Counted from the first letter of the stretch, positions 28,951 to 43,118 are shown. The stretch is DNA of 64,000 bases from Eledone cirrhosa (GCA_964016885.1 OZ024746.1:34162001-34226000), one strand, 5' to 3'. A program made the numbers and translations. Notes: generated from the letters alone by a model not told the origin.

Positions 28951-29559
28951 ATAATACTTTGAATGAGAAGATTACTTTGTGGATGAAAAGACGTCAAGCC
29001 GGTTAAAGGTACATGACAATTTGATGTTATTAAAGAATAATGCTAATGTTAAAATCGAAGGAGAATAATATTTTAGGATAAATGTGTTAGTGAGAAATAC
29101 CAATCTTATTTAAAACATAAGGAATTTAGATCTATAAAAAGAAATTAAATTAATTTAATTGATAGGTATACTTATATGGATAAATTTATATTAATTCATA
29201 TAGATGTGATAAATAAGAGTTAGATGTTCTTAAAGAATGTTGTTAAAAACGAAGGAACTTTTTTTATTTTTTTTATTTTGATAAATGTATTAGTGAGAAA
29301 TACCAAACTTATATAGACTATAATGAATTTAGATTCATAACAGGAAATCAAAATAGTTTATATGTATACTTATAGGTATTAATTTTAGGAAAAGATAATT
29401 TTAGGAAAAGATAATTTTAGTAAAAGGGAAATAAAATTATGAAGTTCTCAGTAGTAAAATACTAATTAGAGGTTAACTAAATTAAGAAAAAACTAATTAT
29501 AATAATTTGTAAAATATAAGTGTATATTAATTAGGTTTATCATATTTGAAAGTTCTTCT

Positions 29560-29991
29560 AATTCTATGATTACACGATATAATTAATTCTTGTCGCTTAT
29601 TTAATAGGATATCTTTAGATTTCATTATTTCCAAAAAGTTCCTGGTACCATAATCTACACTTATATCTGTTATTTTGATAAGGGGTGGCCCTTTTGAGCA
29701 CACTCCAGGTCAGGTTATAATCGATATTCTTTTTCTATAATTATTAATTATTTCAGCCAAGGATATTATAATATTAGCTAATGCGGCATTTTTAAAACTG
29801 TGTTTGTGGGTCTTAAAACATACTTTAAATTGGTTAGAAGTAGCTCCTATATATGAATAAATTGAGTCCTTAGTGCTAATTTTACATTTATATCCTATGT
29901 TATTAATAAGGCAATTTCCTTTTAATGGACAATTTGCTTCATTTCTACTGTTACAACTATTTGTGAATATCATATCAGGGGAGTTAGTCAA
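29560..29991 (-). pseudogene. PLE GIY-YIG remnant, left arm
   Basis: CNSRNEANCPLKGNCLINNIGYKCKI...YSYIGATSNQFK..FKTHKHSFKN. Confidence 0.85.
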
Positions 29992-30989
29992 ATTAGGTGT
30001 GGAATTTACTCGACTTGTTGTATGTGAAGGAGATGGTAGTTTGCTCCGGTTAATTTTAGTATTATGGTTAGTTTAATGTGTTGGTTGTATATTCATGTTT
30101 TTTTTTTACATTTATATGCATTGTACGCACTTATATTTTGTTGTATATTTTTGGTAGTGGGGTAGGAAAATTTGACCGTTGATCTATTGAAAATTAGATG
30201 GTAGTTTGGCGGGAAGTTTTTTTCTAGGATAGTAAAATAATTTTAGGGATATTATCTTTATTTTGTAGATTATATGGAGAATTATACCAAGTAACTCGTC
30301 TATTAGGGTTTCGATGCTGTTTTTTTATTTTTATACGATGTATCCTGATGTTTACTAAGAGAGTTAGTATTAGTGAATTTATTGTACATATGTTTAGTTC
30401 GATTCACTGATTTAGGTGTTTTAGTCTGATTATTAGGAATTTTGTGAGTAATGTTATTAACATATATTGGAGTATTAGGATGAATGGTTTTTTGAAAGTT
30501 ATTATATTGTATGTGAGAAGAGTTAAAGAAATTAAGTTTTAAGTTTGTATTTTTTAGTATAGTGTGAGTGGCATTTAGGTGCGTATTTTTCATATGTATA
30601 ATAAATTCACTAATACTAACTTTCTTATTAAACATCAGGATACATCGTATAAAAATAAAAAAAACAGCATCGAAACCGTAATAGACGAGTTACTTGGTAT
30701 AATGCTCCATATAATCTACAAATTAAAGATAATATCCCTAATTTTTTTTTACTATACTAGAGAGAACTTCCCGCCAAATCATAATACCATCAAATTTTAA
30801 ATAGATCAACGGTCAAATTTTCATACTCCACTACCAACAATATAAAACAAAATATAAGTGCCTACAATGAATATAAGTGTAAAAAAAAAACATGAATATA
30901 CCACCAACACATCAAACTAACCATAATACTAAAATTAACCGCAGCAAACCACCATCTCCTTCACATACAACAAGTCGAGTAAATTCCAC

Positions 30990-31390
30990 ACCTAATTTGA
31001 CTAACTCCCCTGATATAATATTCACGAATGGTTGTAACTCTAGAAATTGCCTTATTAATAACATAGGATATAAATGTAAAATTAGCACTAAGGACTCAAC
31101 TTATTCATATATAGGAGCTACTTCTAACCAATTTAAAGTAAGATTTAAGACCCACAAACACAGTTTTAAAAATGACGCATTTAGCTAATACAACATCCTT
31201 GGCTGAAATAATTAATAATTTTTGAAAAAAGAATATCGATTATAACCTGACCTGGAGTCATATAACAGATATGAGTGTAGATTATGTTCTCAGGAACCTT
31301 TGGAAATAATGAAATCTAAGGATATCCTATTAAATAAGCGACAATAATTAATTATATCGTGCAATCATAGAAATAGAAGAACTTTCAAAT
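30990..31390 (+). pseudogene. PLE GIY-YIG remnant, right arm
   Basis: CLINNIGYKCKISTKDSTYSYIGATSNQFKVRFKTHKHSFKN. Confidence 0.85.
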
Positions 31391-32148
31391 ATTATAAACC
31401 TAATTAATATACACATTATATTTTACAAATTATTATAATTAGTTTTTTTTTAAATTTAGTTAACCTATAATTATTATTTTACTACTGAGAACTTCATAAT
31501 TGTATTCCCCCTTTTACAGCTATCTTTTCCTGAAATTAATACCTATGAGTATACATATAAACTATTTTAATTTCCTGTTATGAATCTAAATTCCTTGTAG
31601 CCCATCTATGTTTGTTATTTCTCACTAAATCAGTTACCCCCCCCCCCCCCAAAAAAAAAATGTTTCCTTCGTCTTCAACAACATTCTTTAACAAGATCTA
31701 ACTCTTATTTATCACACCTAAATGAATTAATATAAATTTATCGCTATAAGTATACCTATCAATTAAATTAATTTAATTTCTTTTTATAGATCTAAATTCC
31801 TTATGTTTTAAGTAAGATTGGTATTTCGCTCTAACACATTTATCCTAAAATATTATCCTCCTTCGATTTTAACATTAGCATTATTCTTTAATAACATCAA
31901 ATGTTCGTGTACCTTTCACCGGCTTGACCTCTTTTCATCCCCAAAGTAATCTTTTCATTCAAAGTATTCTTTCCATTCAAAACTGAAGTCTGCATTCCTC
32001 TACCCTAAATTAGATTTCTACTACTACTATTCTATCAACTTGACAACTTACTACTTTTCTATTGGTCAATTCAAAAGCTGTTCTCAAACAGACCTATTAT
32101 ATTAAATCTTTGTTGGTTTTATTCAATAACCAACATATCATTATTTCT

Positions 32149-32333
32149 GTGGTGGATTGGCAGTATCAGTAGAGGGTCGGACGCTATGCTTTCCAGCATA
32201 GTTACGTCCCTTTACGATCTGAGTTCAGATCCCGCCGAGGTTGACTTTGCCTTTCATTCTTACGGGGTCGATAAAATAAAGTACCAGTAATGCACTGGTT
32301 AATTGCTGGCCTTGTGCCTAAATAGAAACAATT
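32149..32333 (+). mobile_element. tRNA-derived SINE (family 1) inside the palindrome arm
   Basis: Full length with TSD ATTATTTCTG; same insertion site as the copy at 27987. Confidence 0.9.
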
Positions 32334-32519
32334 ATTTCTGAAGACAGCATATATATATGTGTAGGTATGTATATTCCCTCTGATAGTTTGTAAAATGTTT
32401 ACATAGATCTATATGATATACATACCAACACACACATATATATCCTAGAAACGATCGTAAAATGATGAATTTTTTAATATAAGGAACTTTTTCTTTGTTT
32501 TTATTCATTGGTTTTACTA

Positions 32520-32612
<93 letters not shown>

Positions 32613-32636
32613 ATATATATATATATATATATATTT

Positions 32637-32707
<71 letters not shown>

Positions 32708-33188
32708 GTGGTAGAACACTGGAAGGTAATAACCGTAGTGGTAGAGCACTCAGTCCATGGGACGAGTCAGGTAGAAGTGGTTACACAACAGTTAGTTCAC
32801 CATACCGAGAATATATATATATATATATATATAATAGTGTCACTTTGGTGGCGTTTGGCAGATAAATGTTCGGTTTCCACCATGCCGGGCAGTGATGTCA
32901 CTTGCTTTCACTACTGGCGTTTGAGCAGCCAAACTCCGATCAGCATTACTGCTAAAATTCTGCAAGAATCTAGAAAAGGCAACATAGACACAATCAAACA
33001 GATATAAAAGGGGAGAATGATGAGGGAAATGAAAAAGGAGAGAAAGTAAAAACAAATGAAACAAAATAAAAACTAAAACTTTGTCCGGCCAGTAAATTAG
33101 GCATCAAATGAGAGAAGAAAACAACAATACTTGCAGCAAGTCAGCAATTCAGTTCGAAACATTAAAGTGGATGATAAGTAACATTTAC

Positions 33189-33223
<35 letters not shown>

Positions 33224-35677
33224 TTGATTTTGGTGTACGTGTGTGTGAGTGTGTGTTTGCGTGTGTGTGCGTGTGTACGTGTTTGTGCGTCTCTGTGTGT
33301 ATGTAACAAAATGTTTCAATTTACATAACCTCGTAATTCATTTTCGAATATGTTATATTATTAGCTCTCTGAACATATGTTTATTGAGCTTTTTACTGTG
33401 AAACATTATCGATAAATATTTTGTATGTACTGATTAAACCAAAAATTAACACACACCCATATATATATATATATATGTGTGTATTGTGTGTGTGTTTATG
33501 TGTGTGTGTATGTGTGGGTGTGTGTATGCGTATGTGTGACTGTGTGTGAGGACGTATCAAACGTATGTGTTGTGATTTTGCATATTTATATAGTACTATT
33601 TTATCATTTCAGTTAAATTACAATACATCTTTCTCCTTCATATATGGCCATGACATCTGCCTTCGGCATGTTTAGGATTACCACAAATATCACAATATAC
33701 CTGCAGATACTCATATTTCATTGTCCTGTAATGTAATCAATAATACTTCCATGTGTTTTTTATTGGGAACATATTTGTTTCATGCATTCCGTTTTCAAAA
33801 GTGGCTTTGTATATAGTGTCACTCGATTAAAGTTTTGAAGCTGAATGAAGAGGCATGAATAGATTTTTACGTCTTACCTTGTGAAAATAATTTGAGTTGG
33901 TTTCCTATTTATACAATTTCAAATTCTGAACTTTTATTTTAAATGATATTTTTACAGTCCATGTACATTAGTAGAACCTTCATTTCTTTACATAATACCG
34001 CCGTGAATGTTTATTGTGTCTGAATTATGTCACTGGTTTTGTATATAATCCAGAAGCTGTAAATACTAAACTCTGTATAGAATCTAACAATTTGAAATGC
34101 GGGATATAATTATGTTCTGACATCAAATACCAATGGGTATTTCTTTATATTTTATTATGGATTTAATAACAAAAGTACCAGCCAAGAATGAAATTAACTG
34201 ACATTTCAATTCTCGCATTTGATACGATAATAAAGTAAGATCTTTTGAATTAAAGTCTACATAGATAATTTTCAAAAGAACCATAAAGTGGCTGATTGCC
34301 CACACACAATGCATCATTTTAAATGAATGCACAACGATTTCTGAAGCGCTCAAAATAATTGTAGAATGATAGAAATAGAGAGAGAGAAGAATGTAGTTGA
34401 TGTCATTTACCTGGATAACGTCGCATCACACCATATGACATCTCAATGTATGGTGGTGTGCAATGTGATTTACCAAACGAATGTACACACTATATTGACC
34501 TATGAGAAATACGGGTACATTAGTATGCCTGGAAAACATTCCTTCACATCTCGATTCATTTATATACAAACAGTCCGATTTGAAGTTGTGCATACTTAAT
34601 TTAGTATCAACTACGCAAAATTCAAATGTGATTATATATACATACACACAGACGCGCGCGCGCACACACACACACACACTCATATATACACACACATATA
34701 TATATATATATATATGTAGAGAGGGTGGTGGACTGGGTCTAAAAATATTGGTTGCCAGGAGATGATGGGGGCCAACATACATATATAATGCTATCAGTTG
34801 ATGTTTATAATGAAGAAATAACATTTTAGAAAAATAAATAAGTGGAAACAAAACAGTGCAATCAAATTTTTGCGGAAAAATATCTTACCTTCTCCAATAA
34901 AAATTGTTATGTATTTTGCGAAATCCAGAGACTTTCAATAATGACCAGAAGTCTACCCTAAATATTACTAATAGCTCTAGGAAAGCCATGAACGAGACCA
35001 CATCTTTTTAACTTTGATTTTGAAAGTAGGTTTATAATTATCAATTTTCATTGCACTTTCCTAGATATCTCGGTAGCCTACTTGGAGGAATCATAGACGG
35101 TGGTGATCCTGGTCGGGGTAGGGTTCCGAGTAAACCCTTTCATTTTTTTATATTGAATGTAATATAAAAACTGGAAAGGTTTACATGTAACTCTTGACCA
35201 GAATTGAGCCCAAGGACAGGATCTCTACCGTCTCTAGTACCTACCGCTATGCCACTAAGACAACTACAAACAGCTTATGAAAATTCATACTTATAAACTT
35301 ACTTTCAACATGTTCAAAACAGTGTTGTGGTGTCGTTCGTGTCTTTCTTAATGTTATTGCTCCTACTTAAGGTCGATTTTTAAACCATTTAGGTGTTCCA
35401 TAAACTACATCGTCGTTTTGTTTCACATCGACCTATATTTTAACCTGTAATCCATGTTTCATTTCTATTCCACCTCACTTCCCCCCTTGCTCTCTCTCTC
35501 TCACTCACCCTCTATCTCTCTCTCTCTCTAGTTTTCTCTTACTTTCACTCTCGCTTTCTCACATTCTCTCTGTGATATTTGAATCTACTATGATTTGGGC
35601 GTGAAACTAATACCTTATTCCTGTATATATATTTTTAAATGTCAGTTAGATTGAAACTTAGAATAATTGGCATTACA

Positions 35678-35711
<34 letters not shown>

Positions 35712-35716
<5 letters not shown>

Positions 35717-35810
35717 AATATTTGCTCTACGGTTCTTATATATTTGATATATATTTATCCTTATCGAGCCCTTTTTGGATTTTAGTCTTCACATTTATTA
35801 TTATTACTAT
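35712..35810 (-). repeat. ~95-bp interspersed element end abutting microsatellites
   Basis: The reverse complement (TAGTAATAATAATAAATGTGAAGACTAAAATCC...GTAGAGCAAA) recurs at about 42212-42305 and 42862-42952. Confidence 0.75.
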
Positions 35811-35890
35811 ATATATATATAAAGAATGAATAATAACATGTAGACATCATAAAAAGGTAATTTATTCCGAGAGCTTACTATATATATATG

Positions 35891-36164
<274 letters not shown>

Positions 36165-36937
36165 GGGCGGGTAACATTCCCGAGATCCATGGACAAGTTC
36201 TCTCCAGCGGTCCGGTCTCTGTCCCTCATTATCGCTGCCATGTCGTGTGTCTCCAACAGACCAGTGTCGGTCCTTAGGCCATACACATCTGTTAACTTCG
36301 GTCTTCCTCTTCCAGTGTGTCCATGTAGAGGCTCCCACAGGAGCACTGAGTGCAGTGTCAACTCTGGATGTCGGTGAGCAGGTCCAGCTAACCTCGTTCT
36401 CCTCTTTGTCACTTTTGGGATGACTTTTGGAAGTCTCCCTTACAGCTCTGAGTTATTCATTCTCAGTGTATACTGACTAATGTTCAGAGCCATCCTCAGC
36501 ATTCTCGTGTAACACCGGCTCAGAGCAGGAGAGTTAAGACAAAAAAGATATCGGATGCTGAATTTGCTGATGACATAGTTCTGGTGACAAACACAGTGAA
36601 GCAGGCAGAGGATTTGATGCAGGAGGTAGAGACTGTATCAATGAGATTAAGACAAAATATCTGGTAGATAATATTAAGAAGCCAGAGAAGATTACTAATG
36701 TAGGCGGCAAGTCGGTAGAATTAGTTGAGGACTTCCTGTATTTGGGAGCAAAGATTGGGAATACGGAGGATGATGTGGTCGAGAGGAAGAGCAAAGTCTG
36801 GGCGGCGTGTCACAGCTTGAAATCGGTGTGGATGTCGGACCTTCATAAAGAACTGAAATCCGCCTCTTCGTTGCTGTAGTGGAGTCTGTGCTGCTGTACG
36901 TGTCTGGGACTTGGATACTGACCAAGAAACTCACTCA
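36165..36937 (-). mobile_element. 5'-truncated and 5'-inverted RTE-type LINE in (TA)n
   Basis: Minus 36165-36525 encodes CYTRMLRMAL..RLAG..RH..VLLWEP..GRGRP; plus 36526-36937 encodes FADDIVL..DFLYLG..VESVLLY..TW. Confidence 0.85.
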
Positions 36938-36943
36938 GATATA

Positions 36944-36990
<47 letters not shown>

Positions 36991-37011
36991 ATATATATAT
37001 AAAGAATGATT

Positions 37012-37198
37012 AATTGTTTCTACTTTAGGCACAAGGCCAGCAAATACCCAGTTCATTACTGGTACTTTATTTTATCGACCCCGCAAGGATGAAAGGCAAA
37101 GTCAACCTCGGCGGGATTTGAACTCAGATGGTAAAAGGACGTAACTATGCTGGAAAGCATGGCGTCCGACCCTCTACCGATACTGCCAATCCACCGCC
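37012..37198 (-). mobile_element. tRNA-derived SINE (family 1)
   Basis: Full length, with approximate TSD AATGA(T/A)TAAT. Confidence 0.9.
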
Positions 37199-37253
37199 TT
37201 ATAAGTAATGAATAATAACAGGTAGACATAATAAATGGGTAATTTACTCCGAG

Positions 37254-37371
37254 TCCTTACAACTGTTTCAACAGTAGTTATACAGCCTAGTCATGCTATG
37301 TGCACATTGGCAATTATTTGTTTGCAGAAACTCAATTTTCAAATGTTGCCTCTACCGGTTCCTCAGAGCAG
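37254..37371 (-). ncRNA. Hammerhead-like motif with a ~90-nt stem II region
   Basis: UGCU-CUGAGGA-...-GAAA-CAGUUG-UA-AGGA; weak stem I. Confidence 0.45.
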
Positions 37372-37452
37372 AATGGTTGAAATGTAAATACCCTTGTATT
37401 GCTTAAAGGAAGTTATTGGGGAAGGTAGAGTAGAAAAATGAAGAGGGAAAGA

Positions 37453-37520
<68 letters not shown>

Positions 37521-37561
37521 GGTGTTGGAGAAATGGGCGAGAGTGGTTTTTGAAGAATTCA

Positions 37562-39555
37562 GATAGCTTAATACAAATCAGGCGTTGGACGGGATAAGGT
37601 ATTTTGTGACTCGAGCCGCCAACAAACCTAATCGTGGAAAAACTGCATGCCTCGACAATATGTAAAGAAAATAAACCAAATACTCTGATGGCTGGATAAT
37701 CTTTAAGATTTTTCCCGATGAAGCAGGAAAAATGAAGGTTTTCACCTAATGCCTAGGGCACGAAGAAAATGAATTTTTTTAATCTTCATAATATGTCTTG
37801 AAATTTCGGGAAAAATCGGCAAGATTTCTAAAATAATCCCTATATAAGATGAAAAAATGAAGTATTTCACCTAATGCGGGGCCTAGGCCATAAACAAATT
37901 GGATTTTATTTGCTCACGGTATGAAGAACACACTGACTAATAGATAGTTACAATGTTAAGGAAATCGATCCCAGGTAGCGCCTGAAAATTCCCCTAGAAA
38001 GCTGAAAAAAACGTAGTTTTTCACTTAGTACGGGCACGAGGGGATCCAAAAGTTGATTTATTTATGTGCATAACACTCCCTGAAACATAACGCGGGCCAC
38101 CAACAGACCTCTTCGTGGGAAAACTGCAGGCCTGGACAATCTGTAAAGAAAATAAACCAAATACTCTGATGCAATTAGTATTAGGTATGGTTCTCCTTCC
38201 ACGTGGAGAAAATCGGCTTGGTGCTTTTTTACTTTAATAAAGTGGCCATAGTCAGCAGGACAGATGTCACTACTTATGTCAGAGGGAAGTCTGCAAGGCT
38301 TGGGCAAGGCATGACGTGCAATCGGTCAGCATGTGGAGCCTTCTTGAAGGAGTCCACCGCACCTCATTAAGTAAACGCAACTGGACAAACGTTTACCAAA
38401 CCGTGGGTATAGTTTAACATATTTAAAGAGGAATAGTGCAATAAAATGGGCTCCGAGGCGTGTGCGCGTTCACTAGCAGCCTTAAAAGAAAGGGTCGCCA
38501 TCAGCTATTTCAAGAACTCTTAAACAGGGTCACTGACATCCCAGTAAGGAGAAGTAACGATCAACAATTTCAAGTGGTGGCCCTAAAAAGGCCCATGTGA
38601 GCGTTCCCTTGTAGCCCTTAATTGTGACTTTGACTGCGTTCTCTGACATTTGAAGGAGGGTGTTACGGTTGCTTCCACTGGTAGCCTTTAGAATGAATCA
38701 GAATACGTTCGCGGTCCGTTTAACAGCCATACATTGACGCGCCGAGTGCGAGTCGGAAGGTCCATCTCTGAAGGTAGTCAGCTGAATCCGAGGGAAATGT
38801 ATTTCAGGTAATAGGCCGGAGCGCAACGTTATATGTATGTATCTATCTAAAAAGAAGAAGACTAAGAATTATAGAGAGAGATCGCTAAACCGCCTAATGC
38901 GGTTCCTAGGGCATTGGAAATTTGAGACTGTTTTTGCTCAGAACACTAAAAGTTGGATTTTCTTTGCCCACGGTATGAAGAAGAGACTGACTAATAGATA
39001 GTTACCGGCTTTCGTTTTTAGTGTTGTGTGACATATATAACCGCCTTAGCTAAGCTTAGTATTGCCACAACCACAGTTGGCAAAAAGGTAAGGGTCGGGT
39101 GGTAGGTAAATAAGCAACACTGGCTTAAAACGTGAGGAAGAAGTTGTGTGCACTTAGCAACTGCTTGGGGAATGAGTGTGAGATTTGTCTTGTGCAAGGG
39201 TGGCTGAATAACGGGAGGCAGCAGACAGCCAGACATAGATACAGTTATGGATGCATATGGAATGGTGGGAAGTGACGTAATGCAGACAACCAGACATACA
39301 GAGAGATATTATAACGGCGCCACGTTATATGTATGTATGTATCTAAAAAGAGAAAGACTAAGAATTATAGAGAGAGATCGCTAAATCGCCTAATGCTGTC
39401 CCTATGATATTGAATTTCTCTTTGCTCAGAACACTCCTTGAAACATACGTATTACATGTGTAAACTTTGAAAAGAATCGGTTGGGTGGTTCTCGAGTTGT
39501 AGGGATTCAAATTCACACACACGCAGACAGGCATCATCAGTTTTATATATATAGA
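37562..39555 (-). mobile_element. Putative non-autonomous Helitron, ~2 kb, with internal duplications
   Basis: 5' end A|TCTATATATATAAAACTG; 3' end CCCGTCCAACGCCTGA...GCTATC|T resembles a decayed hairpin plus CTAG; internal repeats at about 38826/39322 and 37900/38955. Confidence 0.55.
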
Positions 39556-39610
39556 TTTTGCGAAATCCAGACACTTTTAATAATGCCCGTTGGCCTCTCA
39601 CACTTAATCA

Positions 39611-39660
39611 TCTATAATATTATAAAGCTGACGGTCGTGTGTATTATGTATGTATTTATC
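39611..39660 (+). mobile_element. Helitron-like 5' end
   Basis: A|TCTATAATATTATAAAGCTGACGGTCG followed by (TGTA)n; recurs at 40307. Confidence 0.45.
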
Positions 39661-39887
39661 CTACACACCTCCCTATAGTTTCTTAGCTTTATTCTCTCCA
39701 TCGCTCTTCTCTCTCTCTTCATAATAGGTCATTCACCCTCTCTATAATTTAACTGCTTTACACTCTCTGTCGCTCTTTACTCTCTATATGATAACACTGT
39801 TTTAGTTTCCGTATCTCCCTTCAAGAGAGAGATACAATTAAAGTGTTACTTATTCAGAGAGAGAGAGAAAGAGAAAGAAAGATAGAG

Positions 39888-40018
<131 letters not shown>

Positions 40019-40331
40019 TGGGGACCAGCAAGTGATCAGTTCCAATGACGTTAAATCAAGTATCGCCATTAAATTAATGTTGAAATAAACAATGTGTTTG
40101 ATCAAAAATAACGTTCATTTCCGTGGTATATCTTTCATCTGTCATCGCTCGCATAAGTAACACACACAAGCACGCACACACGCACACACGCACACACCTG
40201 ATTTCGCCAATTGCCGGACAACATCAAAACACAACACAGACACACACATGCACATACACACATACACAAACACACATACACATACACAAACACACACACA
40301 CACATATCTATACTTATAAAGCTGACGGTCG

Positions 40332-40365
<34 letters not shown>

Positions 40366-40402
40366 TGTATGTATGTATGCATGCATGTATGTATGTATGT
40401 AT

Positions 40403-41012
40403 GTCAGGTCACCAGTTGGTGCTACTTGTAACATGTATTCCAGTACAACCTGTCCCATTGTCGGGTCGTTGGCGACAAACTGGCAACTCCACCAAGGCTT
40501 CTTGGTGAGGAGGGTGACTTTGGACATCCTGCAGGACTAAAAACAAAACCTGTCGAACGGCAAAGGAGCTCTTAAGAGTCAATGGCCATCCAAAATCACC
40601 GGGAGAGATGACCACTTAGCCTTTGTCAAGGCAGAATTCTAGGAGAACGACAACTCTGATATGACACATGCAACCCTGATGGTATCCAATGACGTTGACT
40701 TGTTCTTCTTTTTGGTAAATATCATCTTGGTTAAGATAGTGGGACTGGCTTTGTGCAGTGCCTTTGCTCACTATAAAAGCTTCACGGCACAGGCATTGCT
40801 TTATATCTGGAGATCTCTCTGAACTTGTCGTCACAGGGTACCATGGGCCCAGCACTATTTGTCAATAATTGTCACAAGTGTAGTGTTTGTACCAGAGTTT
40901 TCAAGTCGCCGGCTGGACTAAAAAAGTCACACTCGTTCAGCGCATCGGTAGGGGTTCTCCTACATGAATATAAAGTAGAGGCCGTACTCGAAAACGAGTT
41001 GGCAGCCACCAT
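40403..41012 (+). mobile_element. ~610-bp non-autonomous RTE-derived element, copy 2
   Basis: Colinear with 10279-10888; inserted in the (TGTA)n that follows the Helitron-like head at 40307. Confidence 0.7.
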
Positions 41013-41526
41013 GTATGTATGTATGTATGTATGTATGTACGTATGTATGTATGTATGTATATTAACAACACATCTTAACTCTTTCTTTTTAAACTCATTT
41101 CTACGGAAGCTACACAGTCGGAATATATTTTTTCGCGGCATTGTCTAGCATGAATGTAGTATGAGCCTTACACTACACTTCTATCTCCCTCTCTTTCTTT
41201 CTTCCCCTTCTTCTTTGACGGAGTGGTGGTAGTGCATTATAAGCCTTCGCCTCCTCACCAGATATTCATTAGTAGATTCAGTTTCCAACACTTTGAGGGC
41301 GGCTGGCCGAGAAACTAGTTGGTCAGTCGTCCTCTCTGTCTCCGTCTCTAATTTTTCGGACCCATGGTTTTTTACATATTCCTTTGTTATATTCCAATAC
41401 CTAATGATATCACCGGATTCATATGCAACCCGGTCATTGAAATGATCTTAGTATAATAAACCTTTCAATGATTTACATCAGTCCAGCCTCCTGTTATTTT
41501 ATTTCATATATATATATATATATATA

Positions 41527-42122
41527 TGGTGCTACTGGTAACATGTATCCCAGTAAAACCTGTCCCATGGTCGGGTCATTGGCGACTAAACTGGAAACCC
41601 CACCAAGGTTTCTTGGTGAGGAGGGTGACTTTGGACATCCTGCAGGACTAAAAACAAAACCTGTCAAAGTGCAAAAGAGCTGTTAAGAGTCAATGGCCAT
41701 CCAAAATCACCGGGAGAGATGACCCCTTAGCCTTTGTCAAGGCAGAATTATAGGAGAAGGAAAACTCTGATATAACACCTGCAACCCTGATGGTGTCCAA
41801 TGATGTTGACTTGTTCTTCTTTTTGGTAAATATCATCTTGGTTAAGAGAGTGGGACTGGCTTTTTGCAGTGATTTTGCTCACTATAAAAGCTTCACGGCA
41901 CAAGCATTGCTTTATATCTGGAGATCTCGCTGCACTTGTCGTCACATGGTACCATGGGTCCAGCACTATGTGTCAATAATTGTCACAAGTGTAGTGTTTG
42001 TACCAGAGTTTTCAAGTCGCTGGCTGGACTAAAAAGTCACACTCGTTCAGCGCATCGGTGGGGGTCCTCCTACATGGATATAAAGTAGTGGCAGTACTTG
42101 AAAACGAGTTGGCAGCCACCAT
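41527..42122 (+). mobile_element. ~600-bp non-autonomous RTE-derived element, copy 3
   Basis: Colinear with copies 1 and 2 but lacks the first ~14 bp. Confidence 0.7.
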
Positions 42123-42123
42123 G

Positions 42124-42199
<76 letters not shown>

Positions 42200-42389
42200 C
42201 GTGTGTGTGTGTAGTAATAATAATAAATGTGAAGACTAAAATCCAAAGAGGGCTCGATAAGGATAAATATATATCAAATATATAAGAACCGTAGAGCAAA
42301 TATTTATTAAAATAGCAGATTAAAGTTTAAGCAAAGAATTGCTGCTTTCACCCTTAATAGATCCCGTTAAAGGTGAAAGCAGATACATA

Positions 42390-42456
<67 letters not shown>

Positions 42457-42805
42457 ATAAAGTGATGCGTGGTAAATATGCGTATACCATGTGGTTTGTC
42501 TCCAATGAATCATCAGAAATTGTGTCTGTCACTAAAGAAAGTGCTTTTTTTGGCATACATCGGAAGGACATGTCATGTGCGTGTTGGGATTTTGGCGCGG
42601 TATCGTATTAACAGCGTTTACAAGGTACATGACAGCATCATGTAAGATATCAGTGAAAGCGCAATTGTTTCCGGTTCACTCGGAATAAGCGTGTACGTCA
42701 ACAGTACAACCTTAATTGCAGACTCAATATACATATATGGGTTTCTGACATATTGATAAGCCCACACATACACACATACACACACGCACGCATTCATGCT
42801 TATAT

Positions 42806-42837
<32 letters not shown>

Positions 42838-42957
42838 GACACACACGTATGTATATATATATAGTAATAATAATAAATGTGAAGACTAAAATCCGAAGAG
42901 AGCTCGATAAGGATAATATATATATATAATAATATATAAAACCATAGAGCAAAAATG

Positions 42958-42991
<34 letters not shown>

Positions 42992-43118
42992 AAAGTTATG
43001 TTTAAATTGTTGGGTTACAACGAGTAATTATTTATAACTGATATAAAAGCACTCAACAAGTATTTGGAGTATATTTACGATATTAAATAAATGGAAATTA
43101 TATTTATAAAACCATATT

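Larger units (their letters stand above)
28497..32524. mobile_element. ~4-kb palindromic PLE remnant with ~1.9-kb arms
   Basis: 28497-30391 is the reverse complement of 30592-32524; both arms carry a GIY-YIG remnant. Confidence 0.85.

Noticed and set aside
34405-34490. Possible minus-strand exon (CVHSFGKSHCTPPYIEMSYG...) and a similar segment at 42485-42710
   Set aside because: Weak splice signals, in-frame stops in the second segment and no supportable homology
41210-41330. TTGACGG...GAAACTAGTTGGTC hammerhead-like string
   Set aside because: First box has two mismatches and there is no convincing stem I
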